DNA of 64,000 bases from Nemertoderma westbladi (Eukaryota > Animalia > Xenacoelomorpha), in assembly GCA_032718475.1 (NCBI GenBank), contig JAUCBJ010003901.1, positions 1 to 64,000 of the forward strand, read 5' to 3'. The first letter of the stretch is position 1. The number at the start of each line of letters is the position of its first letter. Made by a program: the position numbers and the translations under genes. Positions 56,201 through 64,000 of this stretch are shown one piece after another. Below the pieces are notes generated by a model, which was not told where the DNA came from, made no database searches, and was given only the letters and a program-made list of their open reading frames with translations.

Positions 56201-59200
56201 ACTACCCTTGTTTACTTATAGTGTGTTTTTGTTTACAGTGTTCGCCTTAGGCGAGAACTACCCTTGTTTACTTATAGTGTGTTTTTGTTTACAGTGTTCG
56301 CCTTTGGCGAGAACTACCCTTGTTTACTTATAGTGTGTTTTTGTTTTGTTTGCCTTTGGCGAGAACTACGCTTGTTTACTGATAGTGTGTTTTTGTTTAC
56401 AGTGTTCGCCTTTGGCGAGAACTACCCTTGTTTACTTATAGTGTGTTTTTGTTTACAGTGTTCGCCTTAGGCGAGAACTACCCTTGTTTACTTATAGTGT
56501 GTTTTTGTTTGCAGTGTTCGCCTTTGACGAGAACTACCCTTGTTTACTTATAGTGTGTTTTTGTTTACAGTGTTCGCCTTTGGCGAGAACTACCCTTGTT
56601 TACTTATAGTGTGTTTTTGTTTACAGTGTTCGCCTTAGGCGAGAACTACCCTTGTTTACTTATAGTGTGTTTTTGTTTGCAGTGTTCGCCTTTGACGAGA
56701 ACTACCCTTGTTTACTTATAGTGTGTTTTTGTTTACAGTGTTCGCCTTTGGCGAGAACTACCCTTGTTTACTTATAGTGTGTTTTTGTTTACAGTGTTCG
56801 CCTTTGGCGAGAACTACCCTTGTTTACTTATAGTGTGTTTTTGTTTACAGTGTTCGCCTTAGGCGAGAACTACCCTTGTTTACTTATAGTGTGTTTTTGT
56901 TTACAGTGTTCGCCTTTGGCGAGAACTACCCTTGTTTACTTATAGTGTGTTTTTGTTTGCAGTGTTCGCCTTTGACGAGAACTACCCTTGTTTACTTATA
57001 GTGTGTTTTTGTTTACAGTGTTCGCCTTTGGCGAGAACTACCCTTGTTTACTTATAGTGTGTTTTTGTTTACAGTGTTCGCCTTAGGCGAGAACTACCCT
57101 TGTTTACTTATAGTGTGTTTTTGTTTACAGTGTTCGCCTTTGGCGAGAACTACCCTTGTTTACTTATAGTGTGTTTTTGGTTTGTTTGCCTTTGGCGAGA
57201 ACTACGCTTGTTTACTGATAGTGTGTTTTTGTTTACAGTGTTCGCCTTTGACGAGAACTACCCTTGTTTACTTATAGTGTGTTTTTGTTTTGTTTGCCTT
57301 TGACGAGAACTACCCTTGTTTACTTATAGTGTATTTTTGTTTACAGTGTTTGCCTTTAACGAGAACTACCCTTGTTTACTTATAGTGTGTTTTTGTTTAC
57401 AGTGTTCGCCTTTGACGAGAACTACGCTTGTTTACTTATAGTGTGTTTTTGTTTTCAGTGTTCGCCTTTGGCGATAGTTTCTTTGACGATTGTTTACTTA
57501 TAGTGTGTTTTTGTTTACAGTGTTCGCCTTTGGCGATAACTACCCTTGTTTACTTATAGTGTGTTTTTGTTTTTAGTGTTCGCCTTTGACGAGAACTTCC
57601 CTTGTTTACATATAGTGTGTTTTTGTTTTGTTTGCCTTTGGCGAGAACTACGCTTGTTTACTGATAGTGTGTTTTTGTTTACAGTGTTCGCCTTTGACGA
57701 GAACTACCCTTGTTTTCTTATAGTGTGTTTTTGTTTGCAGTGTTCGCCTTTGACGAGAACTACCCTTGTTTACTTATAGTGTGTTTTTGTTTACAGTGTT
57801 CGCCTTTGACAAGAACTACCCTTGTTTACTTATAGTGTGTTTTTGTTTTGTTTGCCTTTGACGAGAACTACCCTTGTTTACTTATAGTGTGTTTTTGTTT
57901 TGTTTGCCTTTGACGAGAACTACACTTGTTTACTTATAGTGTATTTTTGTTTACAGTGTTCGCCTTTGACGAGAACTACGCTTGTTTACTTATAGTGTGT
58001 TTTTGTTTTCAGTGTTCGCCTTTGACGAGAACTACTCTTGTTTACTTATAGTGTGTTTTTGTTTACAGTGTTCGCCTTTGGCGATAACTACCCTTGTTTA
58101 CTTATAGTGTGTTTTTGTTTACAGTGTTCGCCTTTGGCGATAACTACCCTTGTTTACTTATAGTGTGTTTTTGTTTTTAGTGTTCGCCTTTGACGAGAAC
58201 TTCCCTTGTTTACTTATAGTGTGTTTTTGTTTACAGCGTTAGCCTTTGGCGACAACTACCCTTGTTTACTTATAGTGTGTTTTTGTTTTGTTCGCCTTCG
58301 GCGAGAACTACCCTTGTTTACTTATAGTGTGTTTTTGTTTTCAGTGTTCGCCTTTGACGAGAACTACCCTTGTTTATTTATAGTGTGTTTTTGTCTACAG
58401 TGTTCGCCTTTGGCGAGAACTACCCTTGTTTACTGATAGTGTGTTTTTGTTTACAGTGTTCGCCTTTGTCGAGAACTACCCTTGTTTACTTATAGTGTGT
58501 TTTTGTTTTCAGTGTTCGCCTTTGACGCGAACTACCCTTGTTTACTTATAGTGTGTTTTTGTTTACAGTGTTTCGCCTTAGGCGAGAACTACCCTTGTTT
58601 ACTTATAGTGTGTTTTTGTTTACAGTGTTCGCCTTTGGCGAGAACTACCCTTGTTTACTTATAGTGTGTTTTTGTTTTCAGTGTTCGCCTTTGACGCGAA
58701 CTACCCTTGTTTACTTATAGTGTGTTTTTGTTTACAGTGTTTGCCTTTGGCGAGAACTACCCTTGTTTACTGATAGTGTGTTTTTGTTTACAGTGTTCGC
58801 CTTAGGCGAGAACTACCCTTGTTTACTTATAGTGTGTTTTTGTTTACAGTGTTCGCCTTTGGCGAGAACTACCCATGTTTACTTATAGTGTGTTTTTGTT
58901 TACAGTGTTCGCCTTTGGCGAGAACTACCCTTGTTTACTTATAGTGTGTTTTTGTTTACAGTGTTCGCCTTTGGCGAGAACTACCCTTGTTTACTTATAG
59001 TGTGTTTTTGTTTTCAGTGTTCGCCTTTGACGCGAACTACCCTTGTTTACTGATAGTGTGTTTTTGTTTTCAGTGTTCGCCTTTGAGGAGAACTACCCTT
59101 GTTTACTGATAGTGTGTTTTTATTTTCAGTGTTCGCCTTTGAGGAGAACTACCCTTGTTTACTTATAGTGTGTTTTTGTTTACAGTGTTCGCCTTTGGCG

Positions 59201-62200
59201 ATAACTACCCTTGTTTACTTATAGTGTGTTTTTGTTTACAGTGTTCGCCTTTGGCTATAACTACCCTTGTTTACTTATAGTGTGTTTTTGTTTTTAGTGT
59301 TCGCCTTTGACGAGAACTTCCCTTGTTTACTTATAGTGTGTTTTTGTTTTGTTTGCCTTTGGCGAGAACTACGCTTGTTTACTGATAGTGTGTTTTTGTT
59401 TACAGTGTTCGCCTTTGACGAGAACTACCCTTGTTTTCTTATAGTGTGTTTTTGTTTGCAGTGTTCGCCTTTGACGAGAACTACCCTTGTTTACTTATAG
59501 TGTGTTTTTGTTTACAGTGTTCGCCTTTGACGAGAACTACCCTTGTTTACTTATAGTGTGTTTTTGTTTTGTTTGCCTTGGACGAGAACTACCCTTGTTT
59601 ACTTATAGTGTGTTTTTGTTTTGTTTGCCTTTGACGAGAACTACACTTGTTTACTTATAGTGTATTTTTGTTTACAGTGTTCGCCTTTGACGAGAACTAC
59701 GCTTGTTTACTTATAGTGTGTTTTTGTTTTCAGTGTTGCCTTTGACGAGAACTACTCTTGTTTACTTATAGTGTGTTTTTGTTTACAGTGTTCGCCTTTG
59801 GCGATAACTACCCTTGTTTACTTATAGTGTGTTTTTGTTTACAGTGTTCGCCTTTGGCGATAACTACCCTTGTTTACTTATAGTGTGTTTTTGTTTTTAG
59901 TGTTCGCCTTTTACGATAACTTCCCTTGTTTACTTATAGTGTGTTTTTGTTTACAGCGTTCGCCTTTGGCGACAACTACCCTTGTTTACTTAAAGTGTGT
60001 TTTTGTTTTGTTCGCCTTCGGCGAGAACTACCCTTGTTTACTTATAGTGTGTTTTTGTTTTCAGTGTTCGCCTTTGACGAGAACTACCCTTGTTTACTTA
60101 TAGTGTGTTTTTGTCTACAGTGTTCGCCTTTGGCGAGAACTACCCTTGTTTACTGATAGTGTGTTTTTGTTTACAGTGTTCGCCTTTGGCGATAACTACC
60201 CTTGTTTACTTATAGTGTGTTTTTGTTTTTAGTGTTCGCCTTTGACGAGAACTTCCCTTGTTTACTTATAGTGTGTTTTTGTTTACAGCGTTAGCCTTTG
60301 GCGACAACTACCCTTGTTTACTTATAGTGTGTTTTTGTTTTGTTCGCCTTCGGCGAAAACTACCCTTGTTTACTTATAGTGTGTTTTTGTTTTCAGTGTT
60401 CGCCTTTGACGAGAACTACCCTTGTTTATTTATAGTGTGTTTTTGTCTACAGTGTTCGCCTTTGGCGAGAACTACCCTTGTTTACTGATAGTGTGTTTTT
60501 GTTTACAGTGTTCGCCTTTGTCGAGAACTACCCTTGTTTACTTATAGTGTGTTTGTGTTTTTAGTGTTCGCCTTTGACGAAAACTACCCTTGTTTACTTA
60601 TAGTGTGTTTTTGTTTACAGTGTTCGCCTTAGGCGAGAACTACCCTTGTTTACTTATAGTGTGTTTTTGTTTACAGTGTTCGCCTTTGGTGAGAACTACC
60701 CTTGTTTACTTATAGTGTGTTTTTGTTTTCAGTGTTCGCCTTTGACGAGAACTACCCTTGTTTACTTATAGTGTGTTTTTGTTTACAGTGTTCGCCTTAG
60801 GCGAGAACTACCCTTGTTTACTTATAGTGTATTTTTGTTTACAGTGTTCGCCTTTGGCGAGAACTACCCTTGTTTACTTATAGTGTGTTTTTGTTTTCAG
60901 TGTTCGCCTTTGACGCGAACTACCCTTGTTTACTCATAGTGTGTTTTTGTTTACAGTGTTTGCCTTTGGCGAGAACTACCCTTGTTTACTGATAGTGTGT
61001 TTTTGTTTTCAGTGTTCGCCTTTGAGGAGAACTACCCTTGTTTACTTATAGTGTGTTTTTGTTTACAGTGTTCGCCTTTGGCGATAACTACCCTTGTTTA
61101 CTTATAGTGTGTTTTTGTTTACAGTGTTCGCCTTTGGCGATAACTACCCTTGTTTACTTATAGTGTGTTTTTGTTTTTAGTGTTCGCCTTTGACGAGAAC
61201 TTCCCTTGTTTACTTATAGTGTGTTTTTGTTTTGTTTGCCTTTGGCGAGAACTACGCTTGTTTACTGATAGTGTGTTTTTGTTTACAGTGTTCGCCTTTG
61301 ACGAGAACTACCCTTGTTTTCTTATAGTGTGTTTTTGTTTGCAGTGTTCGCCTTTGACGAGAACTACCCTTGTTTACTTATAGTGTGTTTTTGTTTACAG
61401 TGTTCGCCTTTGACGAGAACTACCCTTGTTTACTTATAGTGTGTTTTTGTTTTGTTTGCCTTTGACGAGAACTACCCTTGTTTACTTATAGTGTGTTTTT
61501 GTTTTGTTTGCCTTTGACGAGAACTACACTTGTTTACTTATAGTGTATTTTTGTTTACAGTGTTCGCCTTTGACGAGAACAACGCTTGTTTACTTATAGT
61601 GTGTTTTTCTTTTCAGTGTTCGCCTTTGACGAGAACTACTCTTGTTTACTTATAGTGTGTTTTTGTTTACAGTGTTCGCCTTTGGCGATAACTACCCTTG
61701 TTTACTTATAGTGTGTTTTTGTTTACAGTGTTCGCCTTTGGCGATAACTACCCTTGTTTACTTATAGTGTGTTTTTGTTTTTAGTGTTCGCCTTTGACGA
61801 GAACTTCCCTTGTTTACTTATAGTGTGTTTTTGTTTACAGCGTTCGCCTTTGGCGACAACTACCCTTGTTTACTTATAGTGTGTTTTTGTTTTGTTCGCC
61901 TTCGGCGAGAACTACCCTTGTTTACTTATAGTGTGTTTTTGTTTTCAGTGTTCGCCTTTGACGAGAACTACCCTTGTTTACTTATAGTGTGTTTTTGTCT
62001 ACAGTGTTCGCCTTTGGCGAGAACTACCCTTGTTTACTGATAGTGTGTTTTTGTTTACAGTGTTCGCCTTTGTCGAGAACTACCCTTGTTTACTTATTGT
62101 GTGTTTTTGTTTTTAGTGTTCGCCTTTGACGAAAACTACCCTTGTTTACTTATAGTGTGTTTTTGTTTACAGTGTTCGCCTTAGGCGAGAACTACCCTTG

Positions 62201-64000
62201 TTTACTTATAGTGTGTTTTTGTTTACAGTGTTCGCCTTTGGCGAGAACTACCCTTGTTTACTTATAGTGTGTTTTTGTTTTCAGTGTTCGCCTTTGACGA
62301 GAACTACCCTTGTTTACTTATAGTGTGTTTTTGTTTACAGTGTTCGCCTTAGGCGAGAACTACCCTTGTTTACTTATAGTGTGTTTTTGTTTACAGTGTT
62401 CGCCTTTGGCGAGAACTACCCTTGTTTACTTATAGTGTGTTTTTGTTTTCAGTGTTCGCCTTTGACGCGAACTACCCTTGTTTACTTATAGTGTGTTTTT
62501 GTTTACAGTGTTTGCCTTTGGCGAGAACTACCCTTGTTTACTGATAGTGTGTTTTTGTTTTCAGTGTTCGCCTTTGAGGAGAACTACCCTTGTTTACTTA
62601 TAGTGTGTTTTTGTTTACAGTGTTCGCCTTTGGCGAGAACTACCCTTGTTTACTTATAGTGTGTTTTTGTTTACAGTGTTCGCCTTTGGCGAGAACTACC
62701 CTTGTTTACTTATAGTGTGTTTTTGTTTTCAGTGTTCGCCTTTGACGAGAACTACCCTTGTTTACTTATAGTGTGTTTTTGTTTACAGTGTTCGCCTTAG
62801 GCGAGAACTACCCTTGTTTACTTATAGTGTGTTTTTGTTTACAGTGTTCGCCTTTGACGAGAACTACTCTTGTTTACTTATAGTGTGTTTTCGTTTACAG
62901 TGTTCGCCTTTGGCGATAACTACCCTTGTTTACTTATAGTGTGTTTTTGTTTACAGTGTTCGCCTTTGGCGATAACTACCCTTGTTTACTTATAGTGTGT
63001 TTTTGTTTTTAGTGTTCGCCTTTGACGAGAACTACCCTTGTTTACTTATAGTGTGTTTTTGTTTTGTTTGCCTTTGACGAGAACTACCCTTGTTTACTTA
63101 TAGTGTGTTTTTGTTTTGTTTGCCTTTGACGAGAACTACCCTTGTTTACTTATAGTGTATTTTTGTTTACAGTGTTCGCCTTTGACGAGAACTACGCTTG
63201 TTTACTTATAGTGTGTTTTTGTTTTCAGTGTTCGCCTTTGACGAGAACTACTCTTGTTTACTTATAGTGTGTTTTTGTTTACAGTGTTCGCCTTTGTCGA
63301 GAACTACCCTTGTTTACTTATTGTGTGTTTTTGTTTTGTTTGCCTTTGGCGAGAACTACGCTTGTTTACTGATAGTGTGTTTTTGTTTACAGTGTTCGCC
63401 TTTGACGAGAACTACCCTTGTTTTCTTATAGTGTGTTTTTGTTTGCAGTGTTCGCCTTTGACGAGAACTACCCTTGTTTACTTATAGTGTGTTTTTGTTT
63501 ACAGTGTTCGCCTTTGACGAGAACTACCCTTGTTTACTTATAGTGTGTTTTTGTTTTGTTTGCCTTTGACGAGAACTACCCTTGTTTACTTATAGTGTGT
63601 TTTTGTTTTGTTTGCCTTTGACGAGAACTACCCTTGTTTACTTATAGTGTATTTTTGTTTACAGTGTTCGCCTTTGACGAGAACTACGCTTGTTTACTTA
63701 TAGTGTGTTTTTGTTTTCAATGTTCGCCTTTGACGAGAACTACTCTTGTTTACTTATAGTGTGTTTTTGTTTACAGTGTTCGCCTTTGTCGAGAACTACC
63801 CTTGTTTACTTATTGTGTGTTTTTGTTTTTAGTGTTCGCCTTTGACGAAAACTACCCTTGTTTACTTATAGTGTGTTTTTGTTTACAGTGTTCGCCTTAG
63901 GCGAGAACTACCCTTGTTTACTTATAGTGTGTTTTTGTTTACAGTGTTCGCCTTTGGCGAGAACTACCCTTGTTTACTTATAGTGTGTTTTTGTTTTCAG
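38203..64000 (+). repeat. Satellite B: 56-bp (and 52-bp variant) tandem array, >25.8 kb, roughly 465 monomers; unit is the splice acceptor plus the 5' start of the next VMAT exon
   Basis: Consensus TGTGTTTTTGTTTACAG|TGTTCGCCTTTGGCGAGAACTACCCTTGTTTACTTATAG. After the AG it reads (T)TG TTC GCC TTT GGC GAG AAC TAC CCT/GCT TGT TTA CTT ATA = (L)FAFGENY[P/A]CLLI, the expected continuation of VMAT (FAFxxxYxxLxxAR). The first acceptor AG is at 38216-38217, and the array runs off the window. Confidence 0.96.

Noticed and set aside
38299-63487. Hydrophobic ORFs in satellite B as standalone membrane-protein genes
   Set aside because: They are translations of the repeat. Only the FAFGENYxCLLI portion is meaningful, as a copied exon fragment.
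3582-64000. CRISPR array interpretation
   Set aside because: The units are contiguous with no unique spacers, there are no cas genes, and the context is spliceosomal.
3582-64000. All three arrays as one ancestral ~54-bp satellite family
   Set aside because: The donor array and satellite B map to different, non-homologous exon boundaries of the VMAT gene, so they arose independently. Only satellite A's origin remains open.
4187-64000. Centromeric satellite or forkhead/GATA binding-site array (TGTTTAC, TGTTTAT, TTATCT in each unit)
   Set aside because: Short motifs are expected in T-rich units, and in satellite B they are explained by acceptor and exon sequence. Nothing in the sequence supports centromere or enhancer function.

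Overview
This is eukaryotic (animal-like) genomic DNA, about 94% tandem repeat. The window lies inside a + strand vesicular monoamine transporter gene (VMAT, SLC18A family) with very large introns. One intact 59-bp exon (38115-38173, (R)[19 protein letters not shown]) sits in a ~120-bp unique island between two large satellites. Two of the three repeat arrays are amplified splice junctions of this same gene. The 54-bp array at 3582-3979 is the tail of the previous exon ([16 protein letters not shown]) plus its GTAAGT donor. The >25-kb 56/52-bp satellite from 38203 to the window end is the polypyrimidine tract, AG acceptor and first ~13 codons of the next exon (FAFGENYPCLLI). The three pieces join in frame into a continuous VMAT-like peptide. 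A separate 54-bp satellite (~34 kb) fills the upstream intron. The first ~3.58 kb looks like the 5' part of an antisense LTR retrotransposon: a putative LTR and a long gag-like reading frame broken by one stop and two homopolymer frameshifts. The long ORFs over the satellites are artefacts of repeat periodicity. Family assignments come from my recollection of SLC18 sequences, not a database search, and copy numbers are length/period estimates.
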